A program made the translations under genes and the position numbers. Shown in pieces: positions 1 through 7,744 of a DNA stretch of 32,000 nt. Numbering within the stretch: position 1 is the first letter of the stretch; each line of letters opens with the position of its first letter. Location: the NCBI GenBank assembly GCA_025839675.1, contig CP104013.1, positions 600,001 through 632,000 on the forward strand. The letters run 5' to 3'. Under the pieces are notes generated by a model that did no database searches, had not been told where the DNA came from, and saw only the letters and a list, made by a program, of their open reading frames with translations. The DNA is from Candidatus Lokiarchaeum ossiferum (GTDB taxonomy: Archaea > Asgardarchaeota > Lokiarchaeia > Sigyniarchaeales > Promethearchaeaceae).

Positions 1-311
1 CCGGATCGGAATTTTGGGAAATTGGATATATGATTATTCCAGAAGAGCGAGGCAACGGCTATGCTTCCGAAGCGGTATTAATTTTGAGTGATTTCATTTT
101 TCTATCAAAAGTTTCACCACGTATTCAAGCCCATGTAGATGTTGAGAATATAGCGAGTAAGAAATTATTGGAAAAAGTGGGCTACAAATGTGAGGGAATC
201 CTTCGAAAGAATATTTTTATGTATGGTGAGTGGCGAGATTCTGCACTATACTCACTGCTTCGAGAAGAATGGGATCATCCCCGAATATTACCAAGAAGAG
301 TCAATTCATAA
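1..311 (+). CDS. GNAT-family N-acetyltransferase (RimJ/RimL-like), C-terminal part; 5' end lies outside the window
   Basis: Frame 3 is open from the window edge (..GSEFWEIGYMIIPEERGNGYASEAVLIL..). ERGNGYAS matches the R/Q-x-x-G-x-G/A acetyl-CoA motif of the GNAT fold. The tail NIASKKLLEKVGYKCEGILRKNIFMYGEWRDSALYSLLREEW is typical of RimJ/L-type members. Stop TAA at 309-311. Confidence 0.75.
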   Translation, partial: GSEFWEIGYMIIPEERGNGYASEAVLILSDFIFLSKVSPRIQAHVDVENIASKKLLEKVGYKCEGILRKNIFMYGEWRDSALYSLLREEWDHPRILPRRVNS

Positions 312-494
312 TTTTTTATTTCTCATTCTATTTTATCCCTTCAGATTTTTAAAGTTCATCGCTCACTGCATAAGATTTTTTTAAATCCAAACCTACCAAG
401 GAGCTTCAATTTTATAAATTAAGCAATTTTAAGAGTATTTGGTTGCTTAGCGGATATTTTTAAACGAGTTTGAAAAAATGCTTGCTAAATTAAA

Positions 495-1526
495 TTATAG
501 AGGTTTTGATTTATACGTTGGGTTCTTATACAAAATGAGAGGATCTTCTTCATAATGCGAAATAAAGACATCTATTTTATCAATAACATGCTGTAACTGT
601 ACCAAAATATGATGATAACCGTGGTAAATACAATAGGGTGAAGTAGGGAGATTAAATTCTTCAAGGAACCCTTTGAATTTTTTTTTACTATTTCTTAGGA
701 ATTCGAGAACTTTTCCTTCCATTGATCCAAAACTATGGGTGAGAGAATGCATACGATAATATTTTTTTTGGGGATAGTAAGCAACGTAACGATCTTCAAC
801 CAATTTATCAAGTCGTTTTTTAATAGTTCGTTTATCAAAAGATGTGAGTTTTTGAAGTTCTGGCAAGGATAAACACTCTCGAGTTAGGAAATAGCAGTTT
901 AACCAGGTCATTTTTTCATCACTTTCTTGAAAATAGTCAATTTCAATTAAATACTCAATAAAACTTGATTCAAGTAATTTGAAATCTTCAGAAAAATTAT
1001 AAACTTCTTCCAGAGGCGCTTGATTGACCGTTTCAAAATTCCAATTTTTGTCCTCCTTATACAAATAATCAAAATAGTAGATATAAATAAACTGGATATC
1101 TTGAATTCTTTTTAAAAAATGAGCCCGTTCAAAAGAATCCTTGAGTTTTGACCCTTTGGAAAGATACTCCTTGAAAAATTCCTTCATATGTGTTTTTTCT
1201 ATAACTCTTGGGTCTTTCTTTGTTAAAACGAATGGGATATAATTTACATTAAATATGTACTCTTTCACTTTGTGTTGAATATTGGATATTTCAATTGCTC
1301 CAATATCTTGCAATTTAGATAGTAAAATCGAAATTGTTCCTCTTGAATAACCAGTAAGTTGAGCCAAAACGGTCTGATTCAGACGTTTATGAATTAAAAA
1401 ATATCCGAATATTGTAGCCAGATTTTTTGGTCTTCCATACATATAATTGATAGTAGCATAAAAATCAATGATTGATTTTTCAAATGGCACAATTTTATCA
1501 TGGAAGTAATGGATTTCTTCTATCAT
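495..1526 (-). CDS. Transcriptional regulator with two winged-helix (MarR/GbsR-like) domains
   Basis: 343-aa ORF. The N-terminal wHTH is NLATIFGYFLIHKRLNQTVLAQLTGYSRGTISILLSKLQDIGAIE. The second wHTH is LSLPELQKLTSFDKRTIKKRLDKLVEDRYVAYY. Same two-domain layout and recognisable similarity to the ORF at 22588..23727 (LTQSQLQTLTKYSQSTLSRILGNL). Confidence 0.65.
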   Translation of the reverse strand: MIEEIHYFHDKIVPFEKSIIDFYATINYMYGRPKNLATIFGYFLIHKRLNQTVLAQLTGYSRGTISILLSKLQDIGAIEISNIQHKVKEYIFNVNYIPFVLTKKDPRVIEKTHMKEFFKEYLSKGSKLKDSFERAHFLKRIQDIQFIYIYYFDYLYKEDKNWNFETVNQAPLEEVYNFSEDFKLLESSFIEYLIEIDYFQESDEKMTWLNCYFLTRECLSLPELQKLTSFDKRTIKKRLDKLVEDRYVAYYPQKKYYRMHSLTHSFGSMEGKVLEFLRNSKKKFKGFLEEFNLPTSPYCIYHGYHHILVQLQHVIDKIDVFISHYEEDPLILYKNPTYKSKPL

Positions 1527-1852
1527 ATTATTTTAATCCCAAATTCAGATTGATTGATCATAAATTCAAAAATGAAAATCATATTTTAAAATTAACATTA
1601 TTCTAATATAGACTATTAATTCTTATAAATTTAATTAAAATCCCAATATGAAATATTTTATCCATCAAAAAATAATTCTTAACAAATTTACATCATTTAT
1701 CGAAATAGATATCTTGCATTTCAAATTATAGTTATTTTTCAAAAAATGTCAAGGTTTAAATTTCTATTTTAGCTAATATAGATTAACTAAATTTCATTTG
1801 AAATTTGAAGCTGGAATGTCATAATTCTTCAACAGATTTGGGTAGAAAACAT

Positions 1853-2290
1853 ATGGTATTACAAAATATCGATGCGAACATCACTATGGTCAAACAAAAG
1901 CAAAAAAACTTTTTTTTCACTGACTCGATAAAGGATTCGTCTTTAGGACTTGATAATAAAGGGCTAATCGATTTGAAAGAATTTGGAATTAAGATTCATT
2001 ATCATCCAAGCCTATTTCAAACAAGTATTTCCCTAATGAATCTTCAAAAAATTCGAGACAAAAAAACATTTGAGGTCATCTTAACCAAAATCTGCGAATA
2101 TTTCTTTTTCACACATGAATTTGATCAATTTGCTATAATTAACACAAAATTTCCAGAGCAATTTCAGTATTTGCTAGAAGAATTTTGTGATATCCAAGAA
2201 AATCTGACAATTATCAATAAACTTAGCTGGTTAGATTATCAAGGTTGCTTCTTCTCAAAAAGATCTTTGATGGTTTGCCATCTTTTTTGA
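1853..2290 (+). CDS. Hypothetical protein
   Basis: A long open frame in a genome where stop codons are frequent. The ORF track starts at TTG 1805; the first ATG is at 1853 (MVLQNIDANI..). No recognisable domain. Confidence 0.45.
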   Translation: MVLQNIDANITMVKQKQKNFFFTDSIKDSSLGLDNKGLIDLKEFGIKIHYHPSLFQTSISLMNLQKIRDKKTFEVILTKICEYFFFTHEFDQFAIINTKFPEQFQYLLEEFCDIQENLTIINKLSWLDYQGCFFSKRSLMVCHLF

Positions 2291-2397
2291 TCGAGTGAGA
2301 CAATTTTATATTAAGCCACATCTCCCTTCTCTTCATTTAATTGAAATGAAAAAATATTCTTGGGCAAATTCTTAGGTCTTTAAAACCTCCAATAAAT

Positions 2398-2937
2398 ATG
2401 GAAAATGATCAAGAAAAAGAAAACAAGGATCTGAAATCAAAAGAAGGATTAAATGATTTTTTTTCAGATTTAGGGGATGATGATGCCATTGACAGCGATT
2501 ATGATGAAATAGATCAAATGATTGATGAAGTGATGGCTCTATTGGAGAACTATGGAAATTATTCAGGAGGGTTAATAACTCTGGAAACCATTTTCAATTT
2601 TCTGAAAGAACGCAACTATCCTGATATTGAGCAAGAAGATTGTTTTGAAATAATTTCGCGTCTTCGCACCAATCAAGTCATCCGAGATGAAATTCTCTAT
2701 AACGATTTACCCGGATTCTTCTTATATGTATTCAAAGATATCACCATCACACTAAATGGAAAAAATTTAATAAGATTATTTGTCCAAACCTCTCCACTGT
2801 CGTTATCAACCATTCAAATGAAATGGAAAAACGAACCAGATTTACTCTTAACAACACTAACCGAACTGCAGAATCAAAAAATTTTGGTTGTAGAAAAGGA
2901 ATTGTATAGTATCCCAGCACTTACCTTAAAAAACTAA
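2398..2937 (+). CDS. Hypothetical protein: acidic N-terminal tail plus two putative winged-helix-like modules
   Basis: 179-aa ORF. The first ~50 aa are low-complexity and acidic (DLGDDDAIDSDYDEIDQMIDE). Two segments follow with a helix-helix-helix-hairpin pattern: LITLETIFNFLKERNYPDIEQEDCFEIISRLRTNQVIRDEI..GFFLYVFK, and LSLSTIQMKWKNEPDLLLTTLTELQNQKILVVEKELYSIP. The fold assignment is a by-eye guess. Confidence 0.5.
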   Translation: MENDQEKENKDLKSKEGLNDFFSDLGDDDAIDSDYDEIDQMIDEVMALLENYGNYSGGLITLETIFNFLKERNYPDIEQEDCFEIISRLRTNQVIRDEILYNDLPGFFLYVFKDITITLNGKNLIRLFVQTSPLSLSTIQMKWKNEPDLLLTTLTELQNQKILVVEKELYSIPALTLKN

Positions 2938-3076
2938 AAAATCAAAGAAGATATACAACTTATTTCCCATTACATAAGCCGAAAATTTAATATTTCCCTT
3001 CCTACTCACTTGAGATGATGAAAACACAGATTTTAACATATCCCGTAATATGGCACTTTATTTTTGGCTTACTTAT

Positions 3077-3084
3077 AAAAAAAA
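3077..3084 (-). terminator. Oligo-T (T8 on the minus strand) candidate archaeal terminator of the 5567->3098 operon
   Basis: An A8 run on the plus strand, 14 nt downstream of the stop at 3098-3100. Confidence 0.4.
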
Positions 3085-3097
3085 TCTACAGATCACT

Positions 3098-4000
3098 TTA
3101 GCTTTGCAGAGATTCGGATTCTAATGCGATTTGTCGATTGGCTAAAATCGCTCCCGCGATTAAAATCAAGATAATTCCCACCACCAATAAAATGAATGAA
3201 TAATTAGTAGGAGAGTTTAGCTGATATATAAAGTAATATATCAAGATAGGGGCAATTTGTTGGGGAAGTTGTTGTAATGGCACTACGAGACTAGCGTTTC
3301 CCGCTTCAAGAGCATATTGATAATGGCTGATCCCAAGAACATTCACAACAATTGTAACCACTAAACCTATGCCAAATACAACCCAAATGATGATTGTTGC
3401 AGAACTCTCAAAAATTGGAGAGAAGGTGGCAGCAAATGGACCCATCCACAGATTATTTATAACAAATGGGAATCCAGTACCAATCGCTAACGGAATTGAT
3501 TTAAACTTCTGAATTCTTTTTCCATAATAAAACAAACTCAACCATAGCACCAAGCATACAAAACTGGATGTTCCAATCCGTAAATTAAATTGAGAACTCT
3601 CAAAATATGAAATATCGGCCTCAATAGCCAGCTGTGAGCCTGAAATTAAAACAACTGCCAAAACCAACATGAAAATAGCAAGAAATTCTTTGGTGGTCAA
3701 TTTTTCCTTTAAAATCATGCTTGATCCAATCGCTAAGACAATGAAGCCAGATGCCATCAATCCCGGAATCAACGCAGCACCAACCACTAATTGGGCGAGA
3801 AAAATGAATACAGCACTCCCCACAGACATTATAATAAAACCTAGTATCCAAGTTCGACTATGAATGAGCTGTTTCATTAAGTTATTTGATGCTTGCTCAG
3901 CAGGAAGATCATTTATTGCCTTTTTTTGCAGAATTTGCCCAAAGAAATTTGAACATCCTGCTAAAATGCCAAATAATATTCCGATTGCATATGAAACCAT
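3098..4000 (-). CDS. DMT-superfamily permease, NIPA-like (putative Mg2+/metabolite transporter family)
   Basis: About 9 predicted TM helices. The N-terminal half, AIGILFGILAGCSNFFGQILQKKA...WILGFIIMSVGSAVFIFLAQLVVGAALIPGLMASGFIVLAIGSSMILKEKL, parallels the NIPA pattern (..G.SFILKKKG...W..G...M..GE..NF.AY.FAPA.LV.PLGALSV......L....L.E.L). I place the start at ATG 4000 because GGGAGAG (Shine-Dalgarno-like) lies 5-6 nt upstream. The ORF track extends to TTG 4015. Confidence 0.6.
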   Translation of the reverse strand: MVSYAIGILFGILAGCSNFFGQILQKKAINDLPAEQASNNLMKQLIHSRTWILGFIIMSVGSAVFIFLAQLVVGAALIPGLMASGFIVLAIGSSMILKEKLTTKEFLAIFMLVLAVVLISGSQLAIEADISYFESSQFNLRIGTSSFVCLVLWLSLFYYGKRIQKFKSIPLAIGTGFPFVINNLWMGPFAATFSPIFESSATIIIWVVFGIGLVVTIVVNVLGISHYQYALEAGNASLVVPLQQLPQQIAPILIYYFIYQLNSPTNYSFILLVVGIILILIAGAILANRQIALESESLQS

Positions 4001-4027
4001 ATTTTTCTCTCCCAATTTATATTTTTA

Positions 4028-5149
4028 TTAATCATGTTTCTCTTTCTTTATATGCTTCTTTAAAGCATTTTTCTTGTTTTCGAGATTCTCAGAAATAATT
4101 TTCTTTCGATTTTCAATATTTTCGTGTAAATGTGCAATTTGGGGCACGTTTTCACGGATCCGATCCATTGCAGATTTTTCTTTATCGGGTTCTATCGACT
4201 CACGTAAATTGAGTTGTGAGGAATGAACATCACATGGTCGAATAAATTCATCAATATTGTCTTCAAACCCGCCTTTACTAAGCCATAGCTTAGTGCGATT
4301 ATAAGCGCGAGAAATCAATTGTTCCGATTTCGAAAAATCATGGGGACCAACTTCGATATTTTCAGGAGGAGGAATAATGATAAGTTCCACTTTATCCTTA
4401 TAAATATGATAATCTGCCGATAGTTGGCGATTTAATAAATATAGAAATGCAGGAATTAATATCTCACCTAAATTTTTGGGATCTTGATCGGGAGTATAAG
4501 GAAATCCAATTGGAAATACAACTACACGTTCAGCACCAAGTTTTACGGCCGTTGAAATAGGAGCATTATTAACCATACCTCCATCAACAAGTACATTGGA
4601 TCCCATATGCTGAGGAGGAAAAACACCAGGGATTCCAGCACTAGCCATGATAGCTTCCTTCAATAATCCTTTATCAAAAACAATCTCATCCCCAGTTTTG
4701 ATATCCGCACTCACAATATAAAGAGGAATTTGAGCTTCTTCGATCTTTTCATAAGGAAGATTTTCTGTGATCAAGGTCCGCAAATTTTTTGGGGAAATAA
4801 GATATTGCCCAAAAGTAGCAATGTTCTTTACCGGAGTCAAGGGAGAAGGAGTAAAGACATCTCGGGCCCTTAATTGTTTCCAAATTGATTCGAGAATCTC
4901 AACACCTTCCATGGTTGGATTATGTGCATAAAAAGCACCATTTAGACTTCCAACAGAAGTACCTAAAACTAAATCAGGTGTAATACCATGCTCAACGATT
5001 GCTTTAAGCATACCTACTTCAACAGAACCGAGACTTGCGCCACCAGAAAAAACAAAGGCTGTTTTCATAATTTTATACTTAGCTGAAAATCCTAAATAAT
5101 CTTTTCTTATCCATTTTTGAAATTTGGAGAAACGGATTTTATTTCCCAA
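4028..5149 (-). CDS. Patatin-like phospholipase
   Basis: Three motifs: FSGGASLGSVEVG (glycine-rich oxyanion loop), GTSVGSLNG (G-x-S-x-G nucleophile) and VLVDGGMVNN (catalytic Asp-Gly-Gly). Lys/Glu-rich C-terminal tail. The maximal ORF starts at TTG 5149, directly abutting the upstream stop. The ATG at 5068 (MKTAFVFSGG..) is an equally plausible start. Confidence 0.88.
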   Translation of the reverse strand: MGNKIRFSKFQKWIRKDYLGFSAKYKIMKTAFVFSGGASLGSVEVGMLKAIVEHGITPDLVLGTSVGSLNGAFYAHNPTMEGVEILESIWKQLRARDVFTPSPLTPVKNIATFGQYLISPKNLRTLITENLPYEKIEEAQIPLYIVSADIKTGDEIVFDKGLLKEAIMASAGIPGVFPPQHMGSNVLVDGGMVNNAPISTAVKLGAERVVVFPIGFPYTPDQDPKNLGEILIPAFLYLLNRQLSADYHIYKDKVELIIIPPPENIEVGPHDFSKSEQLISRAYNRTKLWLSKGGFEDNIDEFIRPCDVHSSQLNLRESIEPDKEKSAMDRIRENVPQIAHLHENIENRKKIISENLENKKNALKKHIKKEKHD

Positions 5150-5356
5150 TCATTTCTTCTTTTTGATAAAGAAATAGATTACTATGAAGACCACTAGGAA
5201 AACAGCAGTTAAACTCCCAATTAGTAATAAAATAAACGGAGAATCACCAGAATTGCCAAAACCATCATTAATTCTAGCAAATTGAAGGAGAAACAATAAG
5301 CCTACTAAAATGATAATTTCCACAACTCCAATCACTACTTTTGTCCCTTTTTTCAT
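5150..5356 (-). CDS. Small 2-TM membrane protein (68 aa)
   Basis: Basic N-terminus, TM1 (VVIGVVEIIILVGLLFLL), Gly/Ser/Asp loop, TM2 (ILLLIGSLTAVFLVVFIVIYFFI), KKKK tail. The ATG lies 1 nt after the stop of the upstream 69-aa ORF, and the stop abuts the patatin ORF. Same length and topology as 5358..5567. Confidence 0.6.
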   Translation of the reverse strand: MKKGTKVVIGVVEIIILVGLLFLLQFARINDGFGNSGDSPFILLLIGSLTAVFLVVFIVIYFFIKKKK

Positions 5357-5357
5357 G

Positions 5358-5567
5358 TTAATGCTGCCTTCTTTTCATGAAAACAAATGATGCGACTAGT
5401 AATACAGGAATTACAAATGCGATAATAATATAGATATATGAACTACCTGTCTCTGAACTATCTGAAGGAGTATCATTATTCCCCATAATCAAAAAAAGTA
5501 CTACAAATCCTGATAAACAAACGATTCCAAGGATAAGGGGAATTATTCTTTTAGTATATCTGCTCAT
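5358..5567 (-). CDS. Small 2-TM membrane protein (69 aa)
   Basis: Basic N-terminus, TM1 (IIPLILGIVCLSGFVVLFLIM), Ser/Asp/Thr loop, TM2 (YIYIIIAFVIPVLLVASFVF), MKRRQH tail. First gene of the tightly packed minus-strand operon 5567->3098. Confidence 0.6.
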   Translation of the reverse strand: MSRYTKRIIPLILGIVCLSGFVVLFLIMGNNDTPSDSSETGSSYIYIIIAFVIPVLLVASFVFMKRRQH

Positions 5568-6109
5568 GTAATTGTAGGAAAGAAAAAAACCTATATTAAT
5601 TTATCTTCCCATAGGTAATTTCGTATTATTATCTAAATAAAATAAAAAGATCAATTGATTTGTAAATAGAAAAGGAGATGTAAATCTGATTTTGACTTAG
5701 CTAATTATCAAAAAATAGGAGTTTTTGCTTAATATTCATTTATTTTTATTTTAAATTAAATAATTTTAGATTTTTTGCATGAGTGTCTCTGTTTAAGATT
5801 TACCAGATTAATATAAAGAAATATAATCATCTTCTGCATTCTGAATATCAAAATTTGAAGTAGAAATTCGCATATTACATATTTTGATTATCTTTTTTTA
5901 TCTTCAGGGCAATTTGAAAAAAATCAGTTTGAGTTTGTCTTTTTAAAACCTAAAAGACTATTTCATATCTCCACAAATTTATTTTATCGGACTGTTCGGG
6001 TAAATTTTACAAGATAATTAAATGGTTGTACCTATTTGACTGAAAGATTATAAGTAAAAAAACATGTTAATAATATTAATCACATAACAATCCATGGATA
6101 AACATTGTA

Positions 6110-7219
6110 ATGCATGCAGTTTCAAACTTATTTTCAAATATCATCATTGGGCTCTGTTTAACTGGATTAATTGTTGTTTTTACTATTAAATCCATAAAAA
6201 GGGGATATTTTTTCAGATATTTTACTCTTGCTTATTTTTGCTTGGTCATTGGGATTTTATACCATTTTGTTGGTCATCTAATCTGGCCTACAAGGTATGA
6301 ATCGACCCATATAATGGTAGAATTAATGTTCTTTGGATATTTTCAATTATTTTTTTATAATTACTTAAATAGCATTCAGAAATTTAAGCGTTATAGCACA
6401 ATTTTTCTAATTGTATTTATATTATTTCTTCTTCAACAATTTAGTTTACATGTTTTATTACATTTCTCATCCTTAATATCGATCCAAGATGATATTTGGC
6501 TTGTTGCAGATGGAACATATAATATTAATGGATTAATTATCTCTTTTGTAGGTGGTTGCCCATATTTAATCAAGAATTATAAGAAATCTAAACAATTTAT
6601 TTCCCTTTTACTGATTTTTGGATTTCTATTAATGGGAGTGGGATATCTATGCCTAACAGTTTCAGATTTATTTTCGTTTTATAGACTAGCGAATAAGATG
6701 GAATTTATTCTTTATAAAATTGGAAATAGTCTGATTATTTTCAGCATTTTGCTCATTTTGTTTCTATATTTCTTAGATATTCAACAATTTTTCATCATTC
6801 CCCATGAATTATTTATCCTTGTGATTTCGAATGCGGAGGGGAAAATTATTTTTCAATCTAAATTTTCGGATAATAATCCAGAAAAGGAAATTGGTTTTGA
6901 TTATCGCCCAGTAATAGAAGGTATTGATAAGTTTTATCAACAATTTAGCGGATTAAAAAAGCCAAAAATTCATATAGTTGAAAATGCGATTCAAATTTTA
7001 ACTTATTCCGAAAATGAAATAAATGCAACAATCATTTCCAATTCTACAAGTAGAATCATCTGGGATGCATTGAAACACTTCTTAAGAGGATTTCTTAAGC
7101 ATTTCAACAGAGAATTAGATGAAAATAATTGTGATTTTTATAATTCAAGCCCATTTATCAATGATACTGTTGAAATGGTCATTCAAAATTTCCCATTCAT
7201 CAACATATATCAAAAATGA
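6110..7219 (+). CDS. Seven-TM membrane protein with a C-terminal cytosolic longin/AP-sigma-like (SNARE-like fold) domain
   Basis: Residues 1-225 contain seven hydrophobic segments. Residues ~233-360 (nt 6806-7189) show a beta-beta-alpha-beta-beta-alpha-alpha pattern: LFILVISNAEGKIIFQSKF ... IHIVENAIQILTYSENEINATIISNSTSRIIWDALKHFLRGFLKHFNREL ... FINDTVEMVIQNF. By eye this parallels adaptor sigma subunits (FILIQNRAGKTRLAKWY ... FVEFRNFKIIYRRYAGLYFCICVD..NNLAYLEAIHNFVEVLNEYF). The domain call is tentative. Confidence 0.5.
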   Translation: MHAVSNLFSNIIIGLCLTGLIVVFTIKSIKRGYFFRYFTLAYFCLVIGILYHFVGHLIWPTRYESTHIMVELMFFGYFQLFFYNYLNSIQKFKRYSTIFLIVFILFLLQQFSLHVLLHFSSLISIQDDIWLVADGTYNINGLIISFVGGCPYLIKNYKKSKQFISLLLIFGFLLMGVGYLCLTVSDLFSFYRLANKMEFILYKIGNSLIIFSILLILFLYFLDIQQFFIIPHELFILVISNAEGKIIFQSKFSDNNPEKEIGFDYRPVIEGIDKFYQQFSGLKKPKIHIVENAIQILTYSENEINATIISNSTSRIIWDALKHFLRGFLKHFNRELDENNCDFYNSSPFINDTVEMVIQNFPFINIYQK

Positions 7220-7362
7220 AGGAGATAATCGACAAAGAAATAAAGAGTCTTAATTATCCTCCAAACACTAGAAATTTTGAAGAATAGCAAATAAATAGGA
7301 GGATCAATTAATTTCGTCAAAATTATAGATCATCGAGATTACACTTATTTTTTTAAGAATTA

Positions 7363-7521
7363 CTATTCTTTTTGTAAAATTTCTACTTTCTCAGGAATTT
7401 TTCCATAAAAATCCTCAGCTATGATAATGGATTGATTGAGCTCGGACATTGCATTTTGATCTAAGCTTTTTTCCTCCACTTCACCATTTTTGTAAGTAAT
7501 TTTAACAAGAAATTTATTCAT
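7363..7521 (-). CDS. Small conserved hypothetical protein (52 aa), paralog of 9145..9303
   Basis: Absent from the ORF track (below its length cutoff). Hand translation: MNKFLVKITYKNGEVEEKSLDQNAMSELNQSIIIAEDFYGKIPEKVEILQKE, stop TAG. It aligns without gaps, 27/52 identical, to the ORF at 9145..9303. Confidence 0.6.
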   Translation of the reverse strand: MNKFLVKITYKNGEVEEKSLDQNAMSELNQSIIIAEDFYGKIPEKVEILQKE

Positions 7522-7744
7522 AGTGATATTTCTCTCTAAAAAATAAAAGAATTGTGTTTTTGAATTAATATAAAAAGGAAAGACAAAAAAATTATTATAC
7601 GTCTACTTTATTTAAACTTCTCATATCCCCAACAAACCAAAAAACAAATAGAACTATGAAGTGTAATTTAATGATTTTCATTGATATTGCAAATCAAGAA
7701 TTGTATATAGAATATTTATGTTCCCTTAAGACATAAATAATGTA

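Noticed and set aside
1603-1782. A 10-bp direct repeat, CTAATATAGA, at 1603-1612 and 1773-1782 in the divergent spacer between the regulator and the hypothetical gene
   Set aside because: A low-complexity A/T-rich 10-mer in an A/T-rich spacer could be two TATA-like boxes or pure chance. The evidence is not strong enough to call. A similar weak case is TAATGAACT at 15027-15035 and 15060-15068.
3013-3095. A C-box-like ATGATGA in the spacer after the 2398..2937 gene, considered as a C/D-box sRNA
   Set aside because: No matching D box (CTGA) or C'/D' pair lies at an appropriate distance, and there is no terminal stem.
3621-4098. Three short ORFs (3621..3851 -, 3669..3863 +, 3886..4098 +) overlapping the permease and patatin genes
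   Set aside because: They lie in alternative frames or antisense within well-supported longer genes and have no recognisable motifs. The same reasoning applies to the other nested track ORFs: 190..384, 7825..8016, 7889..8089, 8175..8417, 12281..12568, 15388..15570, 15618..15863, 18215..18448, 18436..18621, 18889..19089, 21767..22003, 24393..24656, 25496..25729, 25745..25933, 25837..26070, 26679..26957, 26957..27160, 29948..30154 and 30385..30573.
5568-6109. A 542-bp gene-free A/T-rich spacer scanned for small ORFs, RNA genes or repeats
   Set aside because: Only very short ORFs (under 25 codons) were found. There were no convincing stems, no tRNA-like GC-rich segment and no third copy of the MNKF.. 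small ORF. It probably holds promoter regions for the two divergent transcription units.
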